A DNA stretch of 64,000 nucleotides from Squalus acanthias. Taxonomy: Eukaryota. A program made the translations under genes and the position numbers. Of this stretch, positions 39,224 to 50,309 are shown one piece after another (position 1 is the first letter of the stretch; every line of letters starts with the position of its first letter). Below the pieces are notes generated by a model. The model was not told the DNA's origin and did not search any database. It saw only the letters and a program-made list of their open reading frames with translations. The stretch spans positions 70,496,001 to 70,560,000 of the forward strand of contig CM059438.1 in assembly GCA_030390025.1 (NCBI GenBank), given 5' to 3'.

Positions 39224-39310
39224 AATGAGAAGTCGCACAACACCAGGTTATAGTCCAACAGTTTTATTTGAAATCACAAGCTTTCGGAGCTGTTGCTCCT
39301 TCGTCGGGTG
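39224..39310 (-). mobile_element. 87-bp solo Penelope-like family A terminal piece with a mutated hammerhead motif
   Basis: 10-bp TSD AAGGGATATA (39214-39223, 39311-39320). Matches the 27843-27928 arm. Minus strand reads CAC-CCGACGA-A-GGAGC-aaca-GCUCC-GAAA-GC-UU-GUGA (U4 to C). Confidence 0.8.
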
Positions 39311-39361
39311 AAGGGATATAGGGAGACTTTCAGAAATGTGTGAAAGCTCTGATGGCTCTAT

Positions 39362-39865
39362 AACAGCAATGACAACAACTTGCATTTAACATAGTAAAAC
39401 GTCCCAAGGCGCTTCACCAAGAGCGTTATCAAACAAAATTTGACACCGAGCCACATAAGACGACATTAGGGCAGATTTGATCAAAGAGGTAGGTTTAGAG
39501 GAATGTCTTAAAGGCGGGAAGAGAGGTAGAGAGGTGGAGTGGCTTAGGGAGCGAATTCTAGAGCTCAGTGCCTTAGCAGCTATAGTCACGCCGTCAATGG
39601 TGGAGCAATTAAAACCAGGGATGCGCAAGAGGCCAGAATTGGAGGAGTGCAGATATCTCGGAGGGTTGTCGGGCTTGGAGGAGGTGACTGAGATAGGGAG
39701 GGGTGAGACCATGGAGGGATTTGAAAACAAGGATGAGAATTTTAAAATCAAGGCCTTGCTCAACCGGGAGCCAGTGTAGGTCTGCGAGCACAGGGATGAA
39801 TGGGACTTGGTGCGCGTTAGGATATGGGCAGCATAGTTTCGGATGAGCTTAAGATTATGGAAGAT
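39362..39865 (-). mobile_element. L2 LINE 3' fragment
   Basis: LADLHWLPVEQGLDFKILILVFKSLHGL and an L2 tail. Confidence 0.88.
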
Positions 39866-42349
39866 GGTTTAGTGCCTAATTTCTGTGATTTGTTGACATT
39901 AAATAAACTCATCATCAAATCCATAACAAATCGTTTTCATAATTTGTCACCACATGGAGACAAAATCCACAATTTTCACAAATAAATGGAGAGTGACTGC
40001 AATCCAGATATTTGAGAGAATTGATCACTAAAACAAGAAGACTGGGACACTCTCCTGATGGTTCAGCTCTTGAGCCAACAGACGAAGGAGGTCTAAAGCT
40101 TCATCTCTGGTCTGGGCTGAGTTAACTGGTCTCAGCAAGGCTGGTATTGGTGCTACAACTTGTTTCAATGTTACAATGAGTTAAGAAAAGGTCAAATCTG
40201 CCCGGGTTCCCAATCGAGATTGCTATCAATTAACCCCTGCTAGAAAGAGCAAATGTGTGGATCTTTGGGACATACTTTCCTCTTTATAGCAGAAACAACT
40301 AATACCCTTTTTTTGTGGATTTTAACGGTTATGGAACAAAAGAAATGACAGAATACTGATCTATCACAACAGATGCACATTTAACACTTCTCGAGTAGCT
40401 GACAAACCAACTAAGCAATAGACGTGACAAAACGGTCATTCAGCTATCTGTGGAACATCATCACTCCACCAAAATAGAGATGATCCTAATTTGCCCAGTA
40501 AGATTCTGAAAAGTTCCAACTGTTCACTAAAACTGCTTCAATGGCCTACAAATATTAATCTATGCCATTTATTTATTTGCAGAGCAACTTCTCAATTTAA
40601 CTTTTTCTCTTTATAGAATGCAGTGTTTGGAACATAATAACAATTTAAATCAAATTAATATGTTTTAATTTGGAACTGATTCTTATTTATATCGTCAGTT
40701 CATGCTGAAATAATTTTTGACAGCCTCCTAATCCAAATCATTTAATAAGCCAAATTAACAGTGTTACTAACACTTGGGATTCATCTGCGATTTGCAGATT
40801 CGCGCGACTCATGCGGGAAATTTAAACTCAGCTTACTGAATATTTCAATGTCCCACTTGAATCACAAGCATTAAAAAAGAAATTCCCGAAATCTCTGGAC
40901 TCGGGACTGAATCATGACTGTTAGCAATGCTGAATTAATTGCCAGAAACTGACTACATTTAGTTAATTACAAATATGCTCAGTCTCAGAAGACGCTACTA
41001 AGCCAGTAGGAGTATGATTATTTTTGGAAGCATTTACTTCACTGAAAACCGGCACACGGCATAGGTTTCAGGAGAGCACAGGCTCCTCGTTTCATGGGGG
41101 TTGATTTTCACCCTTACCGCTTGGGTGGTGAACTGGTGGAGCGGATCGCCCACCCGTTAGAGAAAGCGCCTGGTTTTCATTTTGCCGGGTGTCAGTGGGC
41201 AGTGGAGCAGGTAGAGCAGCAAGGAGCAGTGGGAGTAAAATCCAAGGACCTAGCACAGTGAAGTTCAGGGAGCCGGGGAGGGTGAGAGGTAAATTCATGA
41301 GATCAATGCCGCGTGAGGGAGCGAGTCTGAGGAACAGTTGTAGGGGGGGGGGGTGGTGACGAGCGCACAAGATCACGAGCTGCGTTAGGATCTGGTCCAA
41401 GCCAGTCCAACGACAGGTGATGGAGGAATTCTGAAGGATGACTGGAGTCAGAGGCCACGGAAAGCAAGTGGAAAACAGCAAAGCAGAGGTCATTCAGGAG
41501 CAAAGGAGCAGACTCCAGAGCAGGCTGGGAACCAGCAAGAAGTGTTGTCAGGAAGAAAGGCAGCTCAGCATTGAATGAAAAATTCCCAGCATAGAAGCAC
41601 AAAACTAAGCCTGTAGAAGCAGACCAGGTACTGGAAGAGAGGCAGTCCAGCGGAAAATACAGTCCGAGTATAAAAAGCAGCGGTGATGGTGGAGGTCACA
41701 GTAAAGCCCAGAAGCCAGCAGAGTAATGGACTTTGGTCCAGGAGAAGGTAGATTTTTGTCGAGGACCCAATACAGCAGCAGACCTAAAACTTTGAAACTC
41801 ATTGCTGAGAATGGCCTTTCTGATCAACAGGTTTCATGTTTATTGTAACATATACATTTTTAAACCAGTGAGTGAATGTTATCGGGTCTAGAAAGTGTAG
41901 AACGTCTCTTATAATCAGGTGGCTTCACTTCAAGACCATTGCCATACAGCCTCCTTAAAGTAATAGGGCGGGACAATCCAGCCCAAGTACTTTACGTAAC
42001 CAATCTTAACATACCACCAAGACTAGTCAGGTCTTAAACAATTTGCAGGGAGGAAAAGTAAAGTATGATTCCTTATTTAGAAACAAGATTAAGAATCAAG
42101 AATTTATTTTGAAATTGTTTGAGCCTATCTTATTGAGCAGTATAGGTTTCCGTGCTTACACAGTTGGATATATGTGTGTAGACAGGTTGACTGACAATAT
42201 TAAGAGGGAGCACCTCATATGTGAGCTACCGATCAATTTGCTCAGTGGAGAATCTATTTAAAAGACAGGCTGGTGGGGTGAACTGAGGCAAGATTTGAGT
42301 TCATAGTCAACTCAATCCCAAGACTGAATTGGTTGTGACTTCAAATCTC

Positions 42350-42762
42350 TTGGCTCGGTTGGTGGAACTCTTGCCACTGAGTCAGCTGGCTGTGGGTTCA
42401 AACTCCAGTCCAGAGATTTGAGCACATAATCTAGGCTGATACATAAGTCCATTACTGAAGGACGCTGCACTTTTGGAGGTGCCGTCTTTCAGATGAAGCA
42501 TTAAACCCCGTCTGCTCTCTGAAGGGGACGTAAGATATCCCATGGCATTATTTGAAGAAAAGCAGGGAGTTTTCCCGGTGTCTTGACAAATATTTACCAC
42601 TCAACCAACACCACCAAAGCAGATTATCTGGTCATTTATCTCATTGCTGTTTGTGGGACCTTGCTGTGTGTCCCTACATTGACTGCATTCTCAACAGCGA
42701 CTACATTTCAAAAGTATTTCACTGGGCGTGAGAACTGAGGACATAAAGGGGCTGTATAAATC
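42350..42762 (+). mobile_element. tRNA-Deu SINE (SacSINE/AmnSINE-type)
   Basis: tRNA-like head tggctcggttggtgg...gggttcaaactcc, Deu-like core ggaggtgccgtctttcagatga...cccatggca and an L2-like tail. Confidence 0.8.
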
Positions 42763-43102
42763 GAAAATAAAAACAGAAAATGCTGGAAATACTCAGCAGG
42801 TCAGGCAGCATCTGTGAAGAGAGAAACAGAGTTAACGTTTCAGGTCGATGACCTTTCGTCAGAACTGGAAAAAACCAGGGAAATGGAACAGATTTTTAAG
42901 CAAGTGTAGGAGCTGGGAAAGGGGGAGGGGATGAAAGAACAAAAGGCAGGAGAGGTTAAGAGACATTAAGAGATATTCAAGGCAAAAGGAGATGGTAATG
43001 GGACAGGTTAAGAAACAAAAGATGGCTCGAGATGAAATGTAAATTGCGCTGGCAGAATGAAAGACAGCTGCCATGTGGGAGAGAAGAAAAGAAAACACAA
43101 AC
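42763..43102 (-). mobile_element. Penelope-like (family B) 3' terminal fragment inserted in a SINE tail
   Basis: Contains a hammerhead motif followed by ctctgtttctctct..acagatgctgcctgacctgctgagtatttccagcattttctgtttttatt, shared with 44789-45013. Possible 5-bp TSD AAATC (42758-42762, 43103-43107). Confidence 0.75.
42830..42866 (-). ncRNA. Minimal type I hammerhead ribozyme motif (core intact)
   Basis: Minus strand reads AGUU-CUGACGA-A-AGGUC-auc-GACCU-GAAA-CG-UU-AACU: stem I AGUU/AACU, stem II AGGUC/GACCU, self-complementary ACGU at helix III. Confidence 0.8.
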
Positions 43103-43359
43103 AAATCTAAGTTCATTCGTTTTCCTGACTAAGATTTGAATATAAGGTGGAAACAATAAATACCATTTATTTCATTTGTTTCACCTAATTAGTTAGGATT
43201 CGATAGAGCACACAGACATTTCCAACTCCATTCTGTCTTAATCCCATATCGATTCTACCGAACCGACATCTCTGCTCTCTGTTGAATTAGGAATCTGTCC
43301 ATAATTAAGCCACCGCTAGAGCCTGAACCCAACCAAGCCAGCGATGACACTTGAATGTT

Positions 43360-43600
43360 AATCAAAAGAACCAGAGGGGGAGATGAGGAGAACTTTTTTT
43401 AAGATCTGGAATTCATTGCCTGAAAGGGTGGTGGAAGCAGATTCACTAGTAACTTTCAAAAGGGAATTGGATATATACTTGGTAAGAAAAAATTTGCAGG
43501 GCTATGGGAAAAGAGCAGGAGAGTGGGACTAATTGGATTGCTCTTTCAAAGAGCCGGCACAGGAAAATGGCCTCATTCTGTGCTGTATGATCCTATGATA
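43360..43600 (+). mobile_element. CR1 LINE 3' end fragment
   Basis: aaaagaaccagagggg...tgcctgaaagggtggtggaagcagattc...gagccggcacagg, matching 55500-55768. Confidence 0.8.
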
Positions 43601-44788
43601 ACCAAACCAGCCCCAAACTTAAACCCATAAACAGGAGGTGCATGCTCTTCTGTTTATGCTACAGGTCTGCCTTTGTTTAAAAGTATTTTTTTTAGCAGTT
43701 TGGAGTTAAGCTTTGAGGCATTTATAAATTCGGCAGATTGCAGAAACGTTCAGTGACCTTTGCAAGCGGAGATGTCTTAGGGAATGTGTCCAATCTGGAC
43801 CCAATTTAGCTGTGATAAATTTGAACTGTAGTTGCTCTGTTGTCTCTACTTATTGAGTGTAAGTGCTACAGTACACGTTGTGACAAATAACACCTGAAGC
43901 TGTTCATAATATTGTTTGCCTCAGTAAGAAATCTGAATCCCTTGCTTCTTCTAAGATCCAGAAATCAGAGCTTCAGACCTCCTGTTTGGATTTGGGTTAT
44001 TCCGATGTTCTCAAGCATGCCACAGGGGAGCAGAAGTTATAGTGAGTGCCATCCTGTTTGAATCAGCTTGTTGTATAGTCTGCCTAATGTCTTAATGTTG
44101 ATCGTCTTTCAAATAGATTGGAGTGATTTTTGCAGAACGTGTTTCATTCTTTTTAAAAACGTGACGGCCTGAAGTGAGCTCACTGTTTAAGAAATCTGAA
44201 ACTAACTATATTTTGACATATGGAACAGGAGCTACACAGTGTTCCCTGCTAGATCAGCCAGAAAGGAGTAAATACATTTTTTAATGGTTTCAACTTGTGG
44301 AAATTGTACATAGCCCAAAGTGTTACAATCTATGCTTTATAGTAAGCCGAAGGTCTCAAACAAGACCAGTATTGTGTTTCTGAGATGTTGCAAGCCATTC
44401 AAAAAACCATCTACACGCAGGAAGGTGTTTGTTTTACTAGGTAGCATATAAACAGAAATCTCAACAACATCTGGAATTCATAATTAAAGTTGGACACTAA
44501 AACTTGATTCACAGAGATCATTGACGATTACAAATAGTAATTTAAGATTTTTTTAAAAAGATATGGGGCTGAAATTCAACATGACCGGGGGTGCAAAATG
44601 GGCGGTAGTGGATCAGCTGCCGGTTATACATCCTGCCCAATCTTCCTTTTCATTGAAGTCCGCCACTGCACATTTTATGCCTTCGCTGATGTTAAATTTC
44701 ACCGCCCCCCCCTCCGCCACCCACTCCATGTTTCTTTAAATTATAAGATATACAGGCAAACAAAAATGATGTTTTCTTGCATAGTAAT

Positions 44789-45013
44789 ACAAAAGCAAAA
44801 TACTGCGGATGCTGGAAATCTGAAATAAAAACAGAAAATGCTGGAAATACTCAGCAGGTCCGGCAGCATCTGTGGAGAGAGAAACAGAGTTAACGTTTCA
44901 GGTCGATGACCTTTCGCCAGAACAGTTCTGCCGAACGGTCACCGACCTGAAATTTTAACTCTGTTTCTCTCTCCACAGATGCTGCCGGACCTGCTGAGTG
45001 TTTCCAGCATTTA
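44789..45013. mobile_element. Penelope-like (family B) fold-back insertion with two degenerate hammerhead motifs
   Basis: 13-bp TSD CTTGCATAGTAAT (44776-44788, 45014-45026). 88-bp inverted arms at 44836-44923 and 44925-45012 around a single central base. Confidence 0.82.
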
Positions 45014-45613
45014 CTTGCATAGTAATCCTGCTTCAAGACAGGGATTGTTGATATGTTTTGGCTCCACTGGACAACTTTCCACAGTGGCATTGACTTGAGG
45101 GTGTAGCACTGCAATCGAGACCCGGTGGAGTTTTTAAAAAGTTTTTGACAGCAATCACATTGCAGCTGTTGATGTTGATTTACGCCTGGGGTGAGGTCCT
45201 CACATGAACAGTTTAAAAACTGCTGAGCAATTTAGCACGGTGATGTGCCGTTTTCCAGTACTGACTTTGCCAGTGGATTCTATAGCAGATTTTGCTCACA
45301 AATAGGATTGCACAGATTGAATGTGTAAACAGAAGAAGGGCACATTTTGTACAGTATTGATAATGATATATTCTGTCTGTTTTTCAGTTGTGCCCTTTGT
45401 ATAACCGTAAAGTTCGTTCACTTAATAAAGGGTCTTTTTTTGGTGAGTCGAGTGTCTGAGAGGTGTGGAGACCTATCACTTTGTCCTGGAAGGTATTTAA
45501 CCCTCAATCAACATCACTAAAACAGATTATCTGGTCATTATCACATTGCTGTTAGTGGGGCCTTGCTGTGCGCAAATTGACTGCCGCATTACCGAGGTAA
45601 CTACAGCGACTAT

Positions 45614-48600
45614 GGCCGGTATTGCTTGCTAAAGTGAACTGGCCAATTAGGTTAAGGGATAAGTCAATAGAGTTGCAGTGGCAGACCTTTAAGAGGATAT
45701 TTCAAAATACACAGAATATATACATTCCAACAAGAAAGAAAAATTCCAAGGGGAGGACCCACCATCCGTGGTTAACTAAAAAAGTTAAAGATAGTATTAA
45801 ACTTAAAGAAAAAGCATATAATTGCACAAAGATGGGTGGCAGGTCAGAAGATTGGACAGAATATAAAAAACAGCAAAGAATGACTAAAAGATTAATAAGG
45901 AGAGAAAAATTAGAGTACGAGAGAAAGCTAGCTAGAAATATAAAAACAGATAGTAAGAGTTTCTATAGATATTTAAAAAAGAAAAGAGTTAACAAAGTGA
46001 GCGTTGGTCCCATAAAAAGTGAGTCTGGGGAATTAATAATGGAAAATAAAGAGATGGCAGTTGAATTGAACAGGTATTTTGCATCGGTGTTCACTATAGA
46101 GGATACAAGTAACATCCCAGAAATAGCTGTAAATCAGGAAATGGAAGGGAGGGAGGAACTGAAGAAAATTATAATCACCAGGGAAGTGGTACTGAGCAAA
46201 TTGTTGGAGCTGCGGGCTGACAAGTCCCCGGGTCCTGATGGACTTCATCCTAGGGTCTTAAAAGAAGTGGCTACTGAGATAGTTGATGTGTTGGTTTTAA
46301 TTTTCCAAAATTCCCTAGATTTGGGGAAGGTTCCATTAGATTGGAAAATAGCAAATGTAACTCCTTTATTCAAAAAGGGAGGGAGACAGAAAGCAGGAAA
46401 CTACAGACCAGTTAGCTTAACATCTGTCATAGGGAAGATGTTAGAAGCTATTATTAAAGATGTTATGGCAGGGCATTTAGAAAAGTTCAAAGTAATCAGG
46501 CAGAGTCCACATGGTTTTGTGCAAGGGAAATCATGTTTAACCAATTTATTGGAGTTCTTTGAGGAAGTAACATGTGCTGTGGATAAAGGGGAACCAGTGG
46601 ATGTACTGTACTTAGATTTCCAGAAGGTATTTGATAAGGTGCCACATCAAAGGTTATTGTGGAAAATAAAAGCTCATGGTGTAGGGGGTAACATATTGGC
46701 ATGAATAGAAAATTGGCTAGCTAACAGGAAACAGAGAGTAGGCATAAATGGGTCATTTTCTGATTGGCAAGATGTAACAAGTGGTGTGCCACAGGGATCA
46801 GTGCTGGGGCCTCAACTTTTTACAATTTATATAAATGACTTGGATGAAGGGACCGAAGGTATGGTTGCTAAATTTGCTGATGACACAAAGATAGGTAGGA
46901 AAGTAAATTGTGAAGAGGGATATAGATAAGTTAAGTGAGTGGGCAAAGATCTGGCAAATGGAGTATAATGTGGGAAAATGTGAAGTTGTCCACTTTGGCA
47001 GGAAGAATAAAAAAGAAGCATATTATCTAAATGGTGAGAGATTGCAGAGCTCTGAGATGCAGAGGGATCTGGGTGTCCTAGTGCATGAATCACAAAAGGT
47101 TACGATGCAGGTACAGCAACTAATTAGGAAAGCTAATACAATGTTATCTTTTATTGCGAGGGGAATTGAATACAAAAGTAGGGAGGTTATGCTTCAGTTA
47201 TACAGGGCATTGGTGAGACCACATCTGGAGTACTGTGTACAGTATTGGTCTCCTTACTTAAGGAAGGATGTAAATGCATTGGAAGCAGTTCATAGAAGGT
47301 TTACCAGACTAATACCTGGAATGGGCGGGTTGTCTTATGAGGAATGGTTGGACAGGCTAGGCTTGTATCCGCTGGAGTTTAGAAGAATAAGAGGTGACTT
47401 GATTGAAACATGTAAGATCCTGAGGGGTCTGGACAGGGTGGATGTGGAGAGGATGTTTCCTCTTGTGGGAGAATCTAGAACTAGGGGTCACTGTTTAAAA
47501 ATAAGGGCTCGCCCATTTAAGACAGAGATGAGGAGAAATTTTTTCTCACAGAGGGTCGTGAGTCTTTGGAACTCTCTTCCTCAGAGGGCGGTGGAAGCAG
47601 AGTCTTTGAATATTTTTAAGGCAGAGGTAGATAGATTCTTGGTAAGTAAGGGGGTGAAAAGTTATCGGGGGTAGGCGGGAATGTGGAGTAATCGGATCAG
47701 CCATGATCTTATTGAATGGTGGCGCAGGCTCGAAGGGCCGAGTGGCCTACTCCTGCTCCTATTTCGTATGTTCGTATGTATGTTCGTATTGTCTGGGGTC
47801 TGTGCGGGCGCAATCGGAGGTGGGTTGGCTGGGAAATTTGAAAAAAGTCGGAGAGGGTCGGGTACCCACCATCATCCCGCCCCCACACACCTTTCCCTCG
47901 GGCACGTTTGCCAGTGCGGCAGCGACTTGACCAGCAGAGGCAGGCAACCTAATTGAAATCCTTATAAGCTTGTTGTCAGACACTTAAGAGCCTTTCCACC
48001 CCCCCCCCCTCACCCCACCCCCAACATTTCAAATTTCCCTGCATGGCCACAGGATTCACACAGCTCGGGAACCACGTCGGTCAACCTGAGGCAGGAGTTG
48101 AGTGGTCATTGCTCCAGCTGATTACTTGACAGCATCAAATGTACTATAAAAGCTCCGACCTCACAGCTGATCACTTTCCTCAGGCAGAAGCTGTTGCTGA
48201 CTACATTGCCAGCACAGATTTAACTTTCTGCAGGCTGCAAGTGTTTCCAGCAAAGTTTCCAACCAGTGTCACCTCATTGGAAGAACCTCTCTCACCATTG
48301 ACAGATTGCTTCTGTCAACTCTACTTGACCTGCCATCAATTCCATCAGCATGGGTGCCATTTATACTGTCTCACCTTGGTCCTCAGAATCTGACCCCGAT
48401 GAGCCCCAACACCAACAGCACCAGGCACACCAGCAGCACCAACAACAACACTACTAAACTTCTCCACAATCACCTGATGCTGCACAGGACAGAGGGCATC
48501 AGCACCCGAGCACATTGCTTCCTGGGAGGCCAGGGATGGCCTCATCCTGGCCCGTTTTACTTAACTTTACACTGTACACCCATATGGCTGCCACATGCTG

Positions 48601-50309
48601 TGCCAGGTTGGCACCACCCCACAGCAACACCATAAACCATCCCCACAATGACCAATCCATTCACCATTGGTGGAGGTACTGTTATCTCTCACCATTCACT
48701 CCAACTCACTAAACCACTTCCAAAGGTGCACACAAATGTGTCCAAGACAGGAAAGTGGTGAAAATAAAGATTTTAATTGTTGACAATACATTAATGGAAA
48801 CTTGACATTAACATTAACTAAAACACCCAAGTGGCTACCCTTGTGAATCTACTTGTGTGTCATCTTTCTCTTCCGCGTGCTTCTATGAGGTGCTACCCCT
48901 GCGGCTTCAGCAGAGGTAGAGGCAGCCTGCTCACTTCCCTGCTGCGACTGCATAGACACTCTTGCGGACGTCCTCTGGGTTTTGGAGCCTCTGATGGCCC
49001 CGCCAAAGTCTGCTCCTCCTGCAACTGTACAGGGGCAAACTCGGCCATCGCTGTCCGAGGAGACATCTGGAGCTCTGACTCAGGGGGTGGCAATGGGGGA
49101 GAAGTGTAAGCGCTTTGAGAGGAGCCCACATTGCCCTCTCCCCTCTAACCGTCATCACTCTCATGGGCCACCCGAACTTCCCTGCTGGCAAGGAGCTGAA
49201 GAACATCTTGCTGCACATCAGTGGGGCCATGAGGACCCACGTCTACGCTGACATCCCTCCTAGACAGGAGGTCTCTGAGCCTCTGCCATCTATGCTCCAT
49301 AGAGACCATGTGCTCCTGTGAGTGGCGCATTAGTTGCTCCATGCAGGTGGCCATCCAATCCATGGAGGAGCCTACAGTCATCATCGCCTGAGACACGGTG
49401 GTGCTCATGTTGGAGATGGACTCCTCCATTCTCTGAACATTTGCAGACATCATACCCGCAAAACCTGTCAGAGCCTCCTGCACTTCTTGCTGCCTCTCCA
49501 GGATCGCCCTCTTTCTGGATGGGGCCCCGAGGTTCAGCGTCTGCATGCAGCTGAGCAGAGCTGGGAGCGTCCTGTGCCCTCCGTCGTGGAGTTGGTATGA
49601 TTGCATTAGGATCAGGCTGAGTGTGAGGGGTGGCTAGTAAAATGGGGATATGATAATGTAGATAGAGAGAGAGGGATGGGTGGACATGTAAGGTATGTTG
49701 GCGTGAGTAAGGATGTGCAGGAGTAGAGTTGAGAAGGTAGAATGATGGGGATGTGATGAGAAGCACAGCAGGATGAAGTTGAGTGTGGCTTTGTACTCAT
49801 CTTTCCAAATCTAATGTGTTCATTGAAACATTTGCAGTCCTCCTCAACACATCCCTGCTGTTGGCATCCTCTGCTATTTGGAGCCAGGCTCTTTTTGTTT
49901 CCTGGGGAGGTCTCTTCCACCCATTGGAAGGGAAGAGGACCTCCCTGTGTGCTGTGACTCCCTCCACAAGGATATGGAGGGAGTCATCGGAGAACCTGGG
50001 TGCAGCCCTCTGCCTCTGTGCAGTCATCTCTCCAACTGTTTGGAGCAATGAAAACCTCCAGTGTGCTGCCTGCACACTCCTAGATGAACCTTCAAATGTA
50101 ATGTGGCCATGGCCCCTTTAAATCTACCGGCTGAAAACATGCCATGGATGACGTCATCAGACCTGCACCATTTAATTGGGCCGGGTAACGCGCAGGGCGG
50201 GCTTAATAGGCCCCATTATTGGAAAGTCGTTTTCTGCAGCGGGATGGAAGCAGCAACGGGATCGCGACCTGCCCGCACCCGATCTGCCCAGGAACAGAAA
50301 ATTCCGGCC
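45614..50309 (-). mobile_element. Non-autonomous PIF/Harbinger element with Myb/SANT gene remnant; a CR1 is inserted in its left TIR
   Basis: TIRs GGCCGGTATTG.. / AAAATTCCGGCC with 3-bp TSD TAT (45611-45613, 50310-50312). RAAPRFSDDSLHILVEGVTAHREVLFP...AWLQIAE at 49800-50030. Homologous to 8939-10704. Confidence 0.85.
45625..47785 (+). mobile_element. CR1 LINE, 5'-truncated, relatively well preserved RT
   Basis: ORFs 45622-46704 and 46910-47674 (KSPGPDGLHPR, NYRPVSLT, YLDFQKVFDKVPH). (TTCGTATG)n tail. Candidate 6-bp TSD GTATTG (45619-45624, 47786-47791). Confidence 0.93.
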
